This document shows positions 49,306 to 63,315 of a stretch of DNA of 64,000 bases, piece after piece. This DNA comes from Mobula hypostoma. Taxonomy: Eukaryota. The notes under the pieces were generated by a model that saw only the letters and a list, made by a program, of their open reading frames with translations, did no database searches and had not been told where the DNA came from. A program made the translations under genes and the position numbers. Every line of letters begins with the position of its first letter. Position 1 is the first letter of the stretch. Location: contig NC_086101.1 of assembly GCF_963921235.1 (NCBI RefSeq), positions 8,186,001 through 8,250,000 on the forward strand, written 5' to 3'.

Positions 49306-51702
49306 GGTTGAGACATCAAATTTCAGGCCAGCAGGATGGAGTAGATGGAATTTGTTTCTCCTGCAGCCTGAGCTTTCCCTTGTCGTGGCAATGCAAATGA
49401 CCATGAAAGGTCATGTCAGAATGGGAATGGGAAGTCAATAAGGAACCACCGGGAAACCCTGCAACTAGATCCTTGACTTCCTCATCGAGTGATCACAGTC
49501 AGTGCACATCAGAAATAACATCTCGTCCTCACTGACAATCCGACACAGGCACACTAAAGGATGAGTGCTCAACCCATTGCTCTGCTGTCTCTACACTCAC
49601 GACTGCAAGGTAGACTCAGCTCAAACCCCACCTCTCATTTCATCGACGACGCAGCAGATGGCAGGAGTGAGATACATTGGCAGGCTGAGTGGTGTCACAA
49701 CAGCAACCTTGTACTCCGCATCACTAAAACCTAGGAATTGATTGTGGACTTCAGGAAGGGAAAGTCAAACACACAGCCCTCCCAACTGAGGGATCAGCAA
49801 TGGAAAGGGTGAGCTGCGTCAGGTTCCTGGATGTCTACAGCTCTGACGTTTTGTCCTGGGCTGAACGTACTGATGCAATTGTGAAGACGACATGCTAGTG
49901 ATTCTACTCAATCAGGAGTTTGGGGAGATTTGGCACGTCACCAAAGACTCTAGCAAATTTCTGTAGATGTACCGTGGAGAGCATGTTGAGTGGTTGGATC
50001 ACGGCACAGGGTCTTAGAAAGCTGTTGCAAACACAACCATCTCCATTATGGGTTCTATTCCTATCAATGAAGGATGCCTTCAAAGGAAGATACCTCAAGA
50101 AAGCAGCATCCATCACGAACGACCCTCACCATCCAGGATTACCATCTTCTAATGACTACCATCAGAGAGGAGATACAGGAGCAAGAAGACAATCACTCCA
50201 CCTTTTAGGAGTAGCTTCTTCCCCTCCTCCGTCTTCTGAACAGTCCACGAACCCATGAACACTACCTCGTAGATTTACTCTGAGCTCTGTCTTTTTTTAT
50301 ATTCCTAATTGCAGCAGAGAGTATGCGTTTAATGTATTGCACTGTACTGCTGCCACAAAACAACAAATTTCATGACATATAATGGTGAAGTCTTTCTATT
50401 ATGGTTATTATTCTATTATGGAGTTTTTTGAGTATGCATGCCAGAAAATGAATCTCAGGTTTGTATATGGTGACATATTTGTATTTTGATAATAAATTTA
50501 CTTTGAACCTTTAAACTCAATGCCTCAACTAACAAAGGCATACGCACAAGAGGTACTGTAGATGCTGGAAATGTAGAGCAATGCACATAATGTGCTGGAG
50601 GAGTTTAACAGCATAAAGATGTTGGGGATAAACAGTCGATGTTTCAGGCCAAGTAACGACCCTATCAACCTGTGTAGCCATTTTCAGGGAGCTATGCCTA
50701 CTCTTGTCTCATTATTTTTTACTGATAATCCTGCCCAAATAAATGTCATGTAACCTTGGTTCAGTTTGGAGATCTGTTTGTTTTTTTTTGTGGACTCCCT
50801 CTACTAAGCAAAGAGACTTGCAAAATTATCTGTTGTCTGCAATAAAAAATCTTGTTTGTCGAAGGAGTAGACTTTGTTATGAAACAGACTCTGCTGTATA
50901 AGTAGACCAGATCTGTTGCAGACATCTGGTATATATATGGGCATCGTTTACTGTAAAAATAAGCCCTGTTTATTGTTAAATCGATCATTTCTTCCTATAA
51001 CTAGACCTTGTTCATTGAAAAAAATCACTCATACTGTACAAATAAACCAACTGTTTATGGTAAGATCAGTGGTTTACAAATGAACTTTGTTCATTGCAAA
51101 AATCAGAATTCTTTATTATCACAAAGTATGTGGACACATACAGGGATGCCGGTTTCCCTGAGCTCTCGCTGTACAGAATCAAAAAGCAAACAAAACAATA
51201 GTGCAAATAATCATGGACTATATACAATGAGGTATACCTGTGTATGTACAAGTGGACTTGGTTTATGATAGACTAAAATTCAAGTGTTCATAAGACTGAT
51301 AGCATATGGAAAGAAACTGTTCTTGTACCTATTTGTCCTGGCATACAGTGATCTAAAGTGCCTACCAGAAGGAAGGAGTTGGAACAGGTGATGTCCAGGG
51401 TGTGATGGGTCTACAATGATGCTGCTTGCTCGCTTCCTGACTCTAGATGCACATAAGTCCTGGATCGAGGGCAGCTTCACACCAATAATCCTTTCCGCAG
51501 CCCTGATGTTACTATGTTTTAGATTGAATGTAGAGTAGCCTCTTACTCTGCTGATAATCAATAGAATAAAAGAATATTTACTGTATTAACATCAGAATCA
51601 AGATTAATATCATATTCAGCTTTTAATCAAGGGTCCCAGCACGAAATGTTGACTGTTTATTCCTCTCCGTGGATGCTGTCTGACCTGCTGAGCTCCTCCA
51701 GC

Positions 51703-51744
<42 letters not shown>

Positions 51745-52654
51745 TGTTGCGAAGGTTTATTTTCACTGACAAGTGTGGAATCTGCTACTCTCTGGCAGCA
51801 GTGCAATAGGCAAAAAAAATCAGGAAAAGTCAGAATGATGCTGAGATATACCCTAGGATGCATCTCGGCATCATCGTAACAATCAGAAATATTTATAAGT
51901 AAATATATAGTGCAAAATGAGACCAAATTAGTGAGGTAGTTCTCATGCTCTCGGGAACCATTCAGGAATCACATGGCAAAGGGGAAGAAGCTGCTTACTC
52001 AAAAATTACCCCAAGATGCTTCTGTAAACCATTGCTGTGAAGGGTCCTGCCACGAAGTGCACACTTTGCCTCTTCATTTGGCCTCTCAAAGTTTATTACC
52101 TGCACATATCAAACTCCATCTACCATTTCACTACCCAGAACTGAACTCTACAACTCACGTTCTCAGTAGCACTTTTTGTTGTGCACAATTTGTTTTCTTT
52201 TGCACAGTGGCTGTTGGTCAGTCTCTGTTTTTCCTTATGTATAGCTTTTCATAAATTCTACTGTTTTCTTTATTTTACCGTAAATGCTGCGAATAGCGTC
52301 AGGTAACACAGACGTACTTTAACATAGAACATAAGAACATTACAGCATGGTACAGGCCATTCGTCCCATTATGTTGTGTCGGCCTTTTGACCTATTAAGA
52401 TCAATCTAACCCTTTCCTCCTACATAGCCCCCCATTTGTCTATCATCTATGTGTCTATCTATGAGCTTCTTAAATAGTCTGAAAGTATCTGCCTCTAGCA
52501 TGACCCCCTGGCAGGGCACCCATGCACCCACATCTCTCTGTGTAAAAAAACTTACCTCTGACACTTCCCCTGGGCTTTCCTCCAATCTCCTTAAAACTAT
52601 ACCCACTTGTATTAGCCATTTTCATTCTGGGGATAATGTCTTTGGCTGTCCAAT

Positions 52655-53415
52655 CTATCCGAGCTATGCTTGCCATTTCATCGGCTATGTAGAACAGTCT
52701 ATGTTCGAAGCCTTCCCCAGTTATACTCCCCAACTCTTCCTCCACTGAGCTCATCAATTTCATCAAATACGCCTCTAACTTCCTGCCCTTCAATGCACTT
52801 GGTCCATCCCTGACACCTACCTCTCCTTTCTTGATCTCTCTGCCTCCATCTCTGGGGACAAACTGTCAATCGACATCTTTTATAAACCTACCGATTCCCA
52901 TGGTTACCTCAACCACACCTCTTCCCACCCCGTCTCCTGTAAAACTGCTATTCCCTTTTCTCAGTTCCTTTGCCCCTGCGACATCATACCAGGATATCAG
53001 AGATGTCCTCCTTTAAAGAACAGGGTCCCTCCCTCTAATATTGATGCTGCTTTCACACGCATCTCCTCCATCTCCCGTACTGCCACTCACCCCATCTTCC
53101 ATAATAGTGATAGCATCTATGGAAAAGAGTAAACAGTCAATGTTTCAGGCCAAGAACCTTTATCAGGACAGATGAAGTGTCTCGGCCCGAAACTTCGATA
53201 CCTTTTCCATAGATGCTGCCCCACCTGCTGAGTTCCTCCAGTATTCTGTGTGTGTTGCTTTGGATTTCCAGCATCTGCAGATGTTTTTTCATGGTAGTAA
53301 TAGAGTCCCTCTTGTCCTTTCCTACCACTCTATCACCCTCCACATCCAACGCATTATCCTCCACAACTTCCGCCATCTCCAAAGGGGTCCTATCACTAAA
53401 CATATCTTTACCTCA
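52655..53415 (+). mobile_element. Decayed Penelope RT fragment interrupted by an inverted pair of terminal-repeat fragments (~53113-53285)
   Basis: FLDLSASISGDKLSIDIFYKPTDSHGYLNHTSSHPVSCKTAIPFSQFL-like remnant, typical of the PLE RT C-terminal part. Confidence 0.75.
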
Positions 53416-53579
53416 TTGAGTATATTTAAAGGGGAGGTGGATGGGTTCTCATTAGTGTGTCAAAGGTCACAGGGAGAAAGCAGGAGAATGGGGTTGAGAG
53501 GGAAAATAAATAAGACATGAAGGAATAGCTCAGCAGACTCGATGGGCTGAATGGCCTGATTCTGCTCCTGTCTTATGGA

Positions 53580-54393
53580 AAGTGTTTGGTCTTGCACTTT
53601 GGTGGAAGAAATAAATGGGCAGACTATTATTTAGATGGGCGAGAGAATGCAAAATGCAGAGATGCAAAGGGACTTGGGAGTCCTTGTGCAGGATACCCTG
53701 AAGGTTAACCTTTAGATTGAGTCAGTGGTGAAGAAGGCGAATACAATGTTGGCATTCATTTCTAGAAGTATAGAATATAAGAGCAGAGACGTGATGTTGA
53801 GGCTCTATAAGGTACTCGTGAGACCACACTTGGAGTATTGTATGCAGTTTTGGGCACCTTATTTTAGAAAGGATATATTGACATTGGAGAGGGTTCAGAG
53901 AAGATTCACGAGAATGACTCCAGGAATGAAAGGGTTACTGTATGAAGAACGTCTGGCAACTCTTGGGCTGTATTCCCTGGAGTTCAGGAGAGTGAGGGGA
54001 GATCTCATAGAAACATTCTGAATGTTAAAAGGCCTGAACAGATTAGATAGGGCAAAGTTACTTTCCATGGAAAGGGAGTCCAAGACTAGAGGACACGACT
54101 TCAGAATTGAAGAACGTCCATTTAGAACAGAGGTGCAGAGAAATTACTTAAGTCAGAGGGTGGCAAGTCTGTGGAATTTGTTGCCACGAGTGGCTGTGGA
54201 GGCCAAGTCATTGGGTGCATTTAAGGCAGAAATAGGTAGGTTCTTGATTAGCCAGGGCATCAAAGAGTATGGGGAGAAGACAGGGAAGTGGGGATGACTG
54301 GAAAAATTGGATCAGCCATGATTGAATGGCGGAGCAGTCTCAATGGGCTGAATGGCCTACTTCTGCTCCTACATCTTATGGTCTTATGGTCTT
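53580..54393 (+). mobile_element. CR1 3' part, (TCTTATGG)n tail
   Basis: ORFs 53725-54021 and 54022-54297. Confidence 0.88.
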
Positions 54394-55809
54394 AATTGGG
54401 GCAGCCACTTAACTGGGCCAAACTGTACTGTTCCCAATGTGTCCCAATTAACTGGAATCCACTGTATATCAAAATCTACAAAGGTCTCAGCACTGCAGAA
54501 CATCTTAAATGCTCACAGACCTCCTGCCAGAATAACAACTTTAAATCTATAACCTCTGTCTCCTATGGACAAAGCAATTCTGAATCCAAGATATCAATTT
54601 AACCATTGATCGCATGCACGATAAAACAGACTGTAAAATAAGCCATTGCTGTACATTAGCTCCTCTTTGTTGTGAGAACAAAAAGTTATTTGAGATATGA
54701 TGCAGCTCGAAAAATCTGAGTTAGACCACACTCGGAGTATAGAGTTCAGATCAGGTCACTTCATTATTAGAGGAATGTAGAAGATTTAGAGAGGGTGCAG
54801 AGGAGATTTACCGGGATGCAGCAGGGAGCACAGCTCCAAGGAAAGCATAGTGGGGATGTCAGGGGTGGATGTTTCAAATAGGGAGTGGTGGGTGCATGAA
54901 ACGAGCTTCCAGGGTGATGATAGAGGCAGATACATTAGGCACAATTAAGAGACTCTTAAACGGGCACATGGATGAAAGGAAGATGGAGAGCCATGTGGGA
55001 AGGTAGGATGAGGTTGATCTTGGGGTTGGTTGAAGGTTTGGCACACTGTGCTGTAGTGTTCTACGTGCTGGGGTGACATGGTGGTACAGCTGCAACCTTA
55101 TAACTCCAGCAACAGGGGTTTGATCCTGACCTTGGGCACTGGGTGTGTGTGGGTGTGTGGAGTCTGCATGTTCTCCCAGTACCCGCTTGGGTTTCTCCCC
55201 AGTGCATTGGTCACCTCCCCAATTCCAAGATTACATTGCTTCCAGTGTGTAGTTGAGTGGTGGACAATGGGGAGAGGTTTGATGGGAATGTGGGGAGGAT
55301 AAAATGGGACAGGTATATATGGGTGCTGATTGTAGGTACAGTGAGAATGCAGATTCATAAGCTCTGTTGTATTTCTTCACTTTTCTGTAAATGCCTGCAA
55401 GAAAATGAATCTCAAGATGGCATACAGTGACATATACATACCTCGAAAATAGCTTTGAACTTTGAAAGAGGGAGGAAAGGGTGATGGGGACAGGTGAGGA
55501 AAGGGAAAGAAGGTTGAGTTAATATGTTTGTTTCTGCTGTATTGTCCTCTAATCAGTGACACTTACAATGGTCTTGCCACATTCCTACTCTTCGCCATCT
55601 AGTCCCTTCAAAGTGCGTGCACTATAATGAGATCTTAGATAAACTTGCTTTGGTTTTCTCTGCAGTGGCGGAAACTGAGGGGAGATCTGACAGAGGTTTA
55701 CAAGTTTTTGAGAGGCTGAGATAGAGTAGATCGACAGTATCGGGTTCCCAGGGTTGAAACGTTTAATACCACAGGGCATGCATTGAAGGTGAGAGGGGCT
55801 AAGTTCAAA

Positions 55810-57890
55810 TAGACAATAGACAATAGGTGCAGGAGTAGGCCATATGACCCTTCGAGCCAGCACCGCAATTCACTGTGATCATGGCTGATCATCCACAATC
55901 AATATCCCGTTCCTGCCTTATCCCCATAACCTTTGATTCCGCTATCTTTAAGAGCTCTATCCATCTCTTTCTTGAAAACATCCAGAGACTTGACCTCCAC
56001 TGCCTTCTGGGGCAGAGCATTCCACATATCCACCACTCTCTGGGTGAAAAAGTTTTTCCTCAACTCTGTTCTAAATGGCCTACCCCTTATTCTTAAACTG
56101 TGGCCTCTGGGTCTGGACTCACCCATCAGCGGGAACATGTTTCCTGCCTCCAGCGTGCCCAATCCCTTAATAATCTTATATGTTTCAACCAGATCCCCTC
56201 TCATCCTTCTAAATTCCAGTGTATACAAGCCCAGTCGCTCCAATCTTTCAACATATGACAGTCCCGCCATCCTGGGAATTAACCTTGTGAAACCTACGCT
56301 GCACTCCCTCAATAGCAAGAGTGTCCTTCCTCAAATTTGGAGACCAAAACTGCACACAATACTCCAGGTGTGGTCTCACCAGGGCCCTGTACAGCTGCAG
56401 AAGGACCTCTTTGCTCCTACAATTCCCCTTGTTATGAAGGCCAGCATGCCATTAGCTTTCTTCACTGCCTGCTGTACCTGCATGCTTGCTTTCAGTGACT
56501 GATGTACAAGAACACCTCGATCTCATTGTACTTCTCCTTTTCCTAACTTGACTCCATTTAAATAATCTGCCTTCCTGTTCTTACCACCAAAGTGGATAAC
56601 CTCACATTTATCCACATTAAGCTGCATCCGCCATGCGTCCGCCCACTCACCCAGCCTGTCCAAGTCACCCTGCATTCTCATAACATCCTCCTCACATATC
56701 ACACTGCCACCCAGCTTTATGTCATCTGCAAATTTGCTAATGTTACTTTTAATCCCTTCATCTAAATCATTAATGTATATTGTAAACAGCTACGGTCCCA
56801 GCACTGAACCCTGCAGTACCCCACTGGTCACCGCCTGCCATTCCGAAAGGGACCCGTTAATCGCTACTCTTTGTTTTCTGTCAGCCAGCCAATTTTCAAT
56901 CCATGTCAGTACTCTGCCCCCAATACCATGTGCCCTAATTTTGCCCACTAATCTCCTATGTGGAACTTTATCAAAGGCTTTCTGAGAGTCCAGGTACATT
57001 ACATCCACTGGCTCTCCCTTGTCCATTTTCGTAGTTACATCCTCAAAAAATTCCAGAAGATTAGTCAAGAGGAGAAGATGGTGGCACGACACAGCTTGCG
57101 CAGCCACTCCGGTGAATGATATCTGTTATCTGTCAAGTAGGGTGCCGTGCACAATCCTGATTTGATGGAGACAGACGTGAGAGAACGGAGGAACATCTGG
57201 AGAAACTTCTGAAATGCCTTTTTCGCTGCCGCTGCTACTGTGTGATCCAGAATCTCCGGAGGGGAAGGCCCCGAATCCTCGGCTTTGCTTGTTGCTCAGC
57301 GGCCGGGACGGGATCAAGGAACTCGGCAGAGATGGTGCTCGGTGCTCGGTGCCGAAGGGCTGGTCGGAGGCTCGAAGTTTTCAGATGGACTCAGGGTCGG
57401 CTGTGGTCGGGTGCTTCCAATGCATCGACAGTTGTCGGTGCCTGGAAGTTCATGGCAGAGAGAGTTTCTCCCTTCTGCCGCCTGCTATCGGGACTATTGG
57501 GAGTCGATCGGAACTTTGAGACTTTTTTTTACCGTTCCCATGGTCTGCTCTTTATCAAATTATGGTATTGCTTTGCACTGCTGTAACTATATGTTATAAT
57601 TATGTGGTCTTGTCAGTGTTAGTCTTTGGTTTGTCCTGTTTTTTTTGCGATATCACTCTGGAGGAACATTGTATCATTTCTTAATGCATGTATGCATTTC
57701 TCAATGACAATAAACGAGGACTGAGTGTCCTCATAATCTAAAAAAAATCTTTAAAAAAAGCACGATTTCCCTTTCGTAAATCCATGCTGACTCAGACCTA
57801 TCCTGTTACTGCTATCCAAATGTGTCGTAATTTCATCTTTTATAATTGACTCCAGCATCTTTCCCACCACCGATGTCAGGCTAACCGGTT
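55810..57890 (-). mobile_element. CR1 LINE (same subfamily as 21950-23340), interrupted by the 57070-57760 element
   Basis: RT motifs and (ATTGTCT)n tail. Confidence 0.9.
57070..57760 (+). mobile_element. ~680-bp non-coding, non-autonomous retroelement, copy 1
   Basis: Splits CR1 ttagtcaag|cacgatttccc. Starts GGAGAAGATGGTGGC and ends AATGACAATAAA...AATCTAA. Confidence 0.82.
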
Positions 57891-57993
57891 CCCTGTTTTC
57901 TCTCTCCTAAATGAGATGCGAGGGGCAATTTTGTTACAGAGAGTGGTGTGTGTCTGGAACGCATTGGCTGAGGTGATGGTAGAGGCAGATACA

Positions 57994-58666
57994 TTAGATT
58001 AGATTAGATTATGAGAACACTCAGTCCTCTTTTATTGTCATTTAGAAATGCATACGTGCATTAAGAAATGATACAATGTTTCTCCGGCGTGATATCACAG
58101 AAAACAAAGCAGACCAAAGACTAACACTGACAAAATCACATAATTATAACATATAGTTACAGCAGTGCAAAGCAGTACCATAATTTGATGAAGAACTGTC
58201 CATAGGCACAGTAAAAAAAAGTCTCAAAGTCCCGAGTCGATCGACTCTCGAGTCCCCGAGAGCAGGTGGCAAAAGGGAGAAACTCCCTGCCATAAACCTC
58301 CAGGCACCGTCAACTTGCCGATACCTTGGAAGCAGCCGACCACAGCCGACACTGAGTCCATCCATCCAAATACTTTGACCTTCCAAGCAGCCTCTCCAAT
58401 ACAGCCTCACGAGCGCCTTCGACCTCACCCCGGCCACTGGAACACGCAAAGCCGAGGATTTCGGGGCCTTCAGCTCCAGAGATTCCGGTTACCACAGTAG
58501 CAGCGGTAGCAAAGCAGACATTTCAGAAGTTTTCCAGATGTTCCACTATGCTCTTACATCTGTCTCCATCAAATCAGGATTGTGCACGGTCCCCTACTTG
58601 ACAGATAACAGATATCATCACCGGAGTGGCCGCGCGCGCTCTCATCGCGCCGCCAGCTTCTCCCCT
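57994..58666 (-). mobile_element. Same non-autonomous family, copy 2 (more divergent)
   Basis: Homologous end to end with copy 1; (AATCT)n tail. Confidence 0.82.
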
Positions 58667-60278
58667 GGTGTTAAAGTTCAAAATAAATTTATTATCAAAG
58701 TAGAAATATATCACCATAAGAAACTGAGATTTATTTTCTTGTGGGCATACTCAGTAAATCCATAATAGAATAATAACCTTAATAGAATCAGTGAATGACT
58801 GCACCAGTTTGGCATTCAACCAATGTGCAAAAGACAACACATTATGGAAATACAAACAAATAAATAAATAACAATTTAGAATTTAGAAATAACATTTCTA
58901 AATGACAATAAACGAGGACTGAGTGTCCTCTTAATCTAAATAAATAAATAATATTGAGAGCATGAGATGAAGAGGCCTTGAAAGTGAGCCCATAGATTAT
59001 GGGAAATATTTCAATGACAGGGCAAGCGAAGTTGAGTGAAGTATCCAGTTTGGTTCGCAAACCTGTATGTTGAGGGGTAATAATTGTTCCTGAGTCTGGT
59101 GATGAGTCCTGAGGCTCCTGTTCCTTCTTCCTGATGGCAGCAGCGAGAAGAGAGCATGTCCTAGGTGGTGGAGACCCTGATGATGGGTGCTACTTTTATA
59201 CAATATTTTGTGTAGATGTGCTCACGTGTAGGGATGGCTTTACCCTTGATGCACTGGGCCATATCTATGATATTTTGTATGATTTTCCATTCAAGGGCAT
59301 TGGTGTTGTCTGTGACACAGCCAATCAGTATACTCTCCACTACACATCGATGGAAGTTTGCCAATGTCTTGATGTCATGTAGAATCTTCACAAACTTGGA
59401 AGGAGCATAGCATAGGGATTTCTAAGAGTTGTTTAGATGGGCACACGAATGTGAGGAAAATGGGGGGGGGATATGAACATTGTGTAGGCAGAAAAAATAT
59501 AGTTTATTTGGCCATTTGATTACCAATTTAATGGGATCAGCACAAAACTGTGGGCTGTAGGGCCTGTTCCTGAGCTGTACTGTTCTATGTCCCGCTGTCC
59601 CTAAAGCCCATCCCAGCTTATTTACATCTTTGACAGTAATAGAACATCTTATCACATCTACAGAGAAGTTAGGTTCTGAAACAGTTGATATCGTTCCTAT
59701 AGCTGAGACCTCTAATTTGAAATTCAAGGTAATTGCTTTATTGTCATGACAAGATAATCAGTGTGTGTACCAAGATACAGTGAAAAGCTTTTTGTTCGCG
59801 TGCCATCCAGACAGATCATTACACATATTGGTGTATCGAGGTTGTACAAAAGAGAAAAAAGAAAGAACAGAATGCAAAATATAGTTTTACCAGTGCAATG
59901 CAGACACACAGGGAGGTGTAAAGACCATGGTGAGGTCAATTGGGAGATGCAGAGTTCACCTTGATCAGGCTTTCTAACTTTCCCAAGTGCCTTTATACAG
60001 AGGGAACATGACAAAGAACAGGACTGCACAGGAACAGACCCCTTGGCCATCCATGCTGTGCCAAACTAACTAAAATGGTTACCAACTACCTAACTAAATT
60101 ATTCCCTTCTGCCTACACAATGTCCATATCCCACTATTACCTGCACACCCATGAACAAGAGCTGCTTAAAGTCCTCTATAGAATCTGCCTCCACCACCAC
60201 TCCAGGAAGCAAATAAAATCTTGACCTGAACATCCCCCTCCGCTCCATCTCACAAACGTGCCTTCTAGTTTTAGATGT

Positions 60279-61331
60279 TATAGTCATAGTCATACTTTAT
60301 TGATCCCGGGGGAAATTGGTTTTCATTACAGTTGCACCATAAATAATGAAATAGTAATAAAACCGTAAATAGTTAAATAGTAATATGTAAATTATGCCAG
60401 GAAATAAGTTCAGGACCAGCCTATTGGCTCAGGGACTCTGACCCTCCAAGGGAGGAGTTGTAAAGTTTGATGGCCACAGGCAGGAATGACTTTCTATGAC
60501 GCTCAGTGTTGCATCTCGGTGGAATGAGTCTCTGGCTGAATGTACTCCTGTGCCCACCCAGTACATTATGTAGTGGATGGGAGACATTGTCCAAGATGGT
60601 ATGCAACTTGGACAGCATCCTCTTTTCAGACACCACCGTCAGAGAGTCCAGTTCCATCCCCACAACATCACTAGCCTTACGAATGAGTTTGTTGATTCTG
60701 TTAGTGTCTGCTACCCTCAGCCTGCTGCCCCAGCACACTACAGCAAACATGATAGCACTGGCCACCACAGACTCGTAGAACATCCTCAGCATCGTCCGGC
60801 AGATGTTAAAGGACCTCAGTTTCCTCAGGAAATAGAGATGGCTCTGACCCTTCTTGTAGACAGCCTCAGTGTTCTTAGACCAGTCCAGTTTATTGTCAAT
60901 TCATATCCCCAGGTATTTGTAATCCTCCACCATGTCCACACTGACCCCCTGGATGGAAACAGGGGTCGCCGGTACCCTAGCTCTCCTCTGGTCTACCACC
61001 AGCTCCTTAGTCTTTTTCACATTAAGCTGCAGATAATTCTGCTCACACCATGTGACAAAGTTTCCTACCGTAGCCCTATACTCAGCCTCATCTCCCTTGC
61101 TGATGCATCCAACTATGGCAGAGTCATCTGAAAACTTCTGAAGATGACAAGACTCTGTGCAGTACTTAAAGTCCGAGGTGTAAATGGTGAAGAGAAAGGG
61201 AGACAAGACAGTCCCCTGTGGAGCCCCAGTGCTGCTGATCACTCTGTCCGACACACACTGTTGCAAGCACACGTACTGTGGTCTGCCAGTCAGGTAATCA
61301 AGAATCCATGACACCTGGAAAGCATCCACCT
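60279..61331 (-). mobile_element. Rex1-type LINE of the (GACTAT)n family
   Basis: ORFs 60421-60792 and 60901-61329 are near-identical to those of 41164-42152. Confidence 0.88.
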
Positions 61332-61424
61332 AGTATCTAGTATTCAATAAAATATTTCAACTCTGACAATAAAGATATCAGTTTTCTACTCTGTCTTTGC
61401 CTCTCATAATTTGATGAACCTCTA

Positions 61425-62257
61425 TCAGGCATACAGGGACGAGGTCCAGCACCTGGCCGCATGGTGTGCCGATAACAACCTGGTCCTGAGCACCCAGAAG
61501 ACCAAGGAGATCATTGTGGACTTCAGGCATGCTAGGAGCCACACTCATGACCCCATCTACATCAACGGAGCTGTAGTGGAGCGTGTATCAAGCTTCAAAT
61601 TCCTTGGTGTCCGTATTTCCGAGGATCTCACCTGGTCCCTGAACTCCTCCATCCTGATCAAAAAGGCACAACAGCACCTTTATTTCCTGCGGAGCATCAA
61701 GAAAGCTCTCCTCTGTCCCAGGATACTGACGGACTTTTACCGCTGTACCATTGAGAGCATACTCACCAACTGCATCTCAGTGTGGTATGGCAATCATCCC
61801 GTATCGGACCGCAAAGTACTCCAGCGGGTGGTGAAAACTGCCCAGCAGATTATCGGCACCCAATTGCCCACCAATGAGAACATCTACTATAAACTCTGCC
61901 TGGGCAGGGCGAAAAGCATTATCAAGGATGCATCACACCCTAACCATGGACTTTTTACTCTCCTCCTATCCGGTAGGCACTACAGGAGCCTCCGCTCCCG
62001 CACCAGCAGGCACAGGAAGAGCTTCTTCCCTGAGGCTGTGACCCTGCTGAACCTCACATCACAGCGCTGAGCAGTATTGCATCCATATTGTACTGTCTCA
62101 GTACTTTTATATTTGTATGCTGTAGCATTTACTTTTTATTCGCAGTTGTTTTGTAAATAACGCTATTCTTTTGCACTTGTGGTTGGATGCTAATTGCGTT
62201 TCATTGGCTTTGTATCTGTACTCAGCACAATGACAATAAAGTTGAATCTAATCTAAT
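61425..62257 (+). mobile_element. Rex1-type LINE 3' part with AATGACAATAAA-(AATCT)n tail
   Basis: ORF 61411-62070 (WCADNNL, KTKEIIVDFR, KFLGV, SGRHYRS). Confidence 0.85.
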
Positions 62258-62627
62258 TTAATCATATCTCCCCTCAGAAACTGACACTCGAGAGGAAACC
62301 ACCCAACTTTGTCTAATCTCTCTTTATATCTCATGCCCTCTAATCCAGGCAGATCCTGGTAAACCACTTCAGCACCCTCCCTAAATCTTCCACATCTTTC
62401 CTAAATTGTGGCAACCAGAATTGAATTTAATACTCCAGACATAGTCTCCGTAGAGATTTATAACGTGATTAAAAATTTAAAAAAAGCTTTATATGTCAAA
62501 CATACATTGAAGTGAAATGTGTCATTTGTGTCAAATCAAATGAACGAGGATTGTGCTGGGCAGACTTCAAGTCTCACCACGCTTCTGGCACCATTGTAGC
62601 ATGCCAACAACTCACTAATCCTAACTA

Positions 62628-63315
62628 TAGATTAATTTAGATTATGAGGACACTTAATGCTCATTTATTGTCATTTAGAAATGCATGCATGTATTAAGAA
62701 ATGATACAATGTTCCTCCGGAGTGATATCACAAAAAAAACCAGGACAAACCAAAGACTAACACCGACAAGACCACATAATTATAACATATAGTTACAGCA
62801 GTGCAAAGCAATACCACAATTTGATAAAGAGCAGACCATGGGAACGGTTAAAAAAAAAGTCTCAAAGTTCCAATCGACTCCCAATAGTCCCCGATAGCAG
62901 GCGGCAGAAGGGAGAAACTCTCCCTGCCAGAAACCTCCAGGCGCCGACAACTGTCGATGCATTGGAAGCACCCGACCACAGCTGACTCTGAGTCCGTCCG
63001 AAAACTTCGAGCCTCCGACCAGCCCTCCGACACCGAGCACCGAACACCATCTCTGCCGAGCGCTTCGACCCCATCCCGTCCGCCGAGCAACAAGCAAAGC
63101 CGAGGATTCGGGGCCTTCCCCTCCGGAGATTCCGGATCACACAGTAACAGCGGCAGCAAAACAGGCATTTCAGAAGTTCCTCCAGATGTTCCTCCGTTCT
63201 CTCACGTCTGTCTCCATCAAATCAGGATTGCGCACGGCACCCTACTTGACAGATTACAGATATCATTCACCGGAGTGGCCACGCAAGCTGTGATGTGCCG
63301 CCAGCTTCTCCTCCT
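62628..63315 (-). mobile_element. Same non-autonomous family, copy 3
   Basis: Highly similar to copy 1; inserted in a SINE. Confidence 0.82.

Noticed and set aside
54390..54466. Short repeat ending ...GGAATCCACTGTA, resembling a Tigger/pogo MITE end
   Set aside because: Only one terminus is visible, so the element cannot be delimited.
57214..57599. Overlapping ~100-aa ORFs repeated in the three non-autonomous copies
   Set aside because: Frames and lengths are not preserved between copies and no domain is recognisable.
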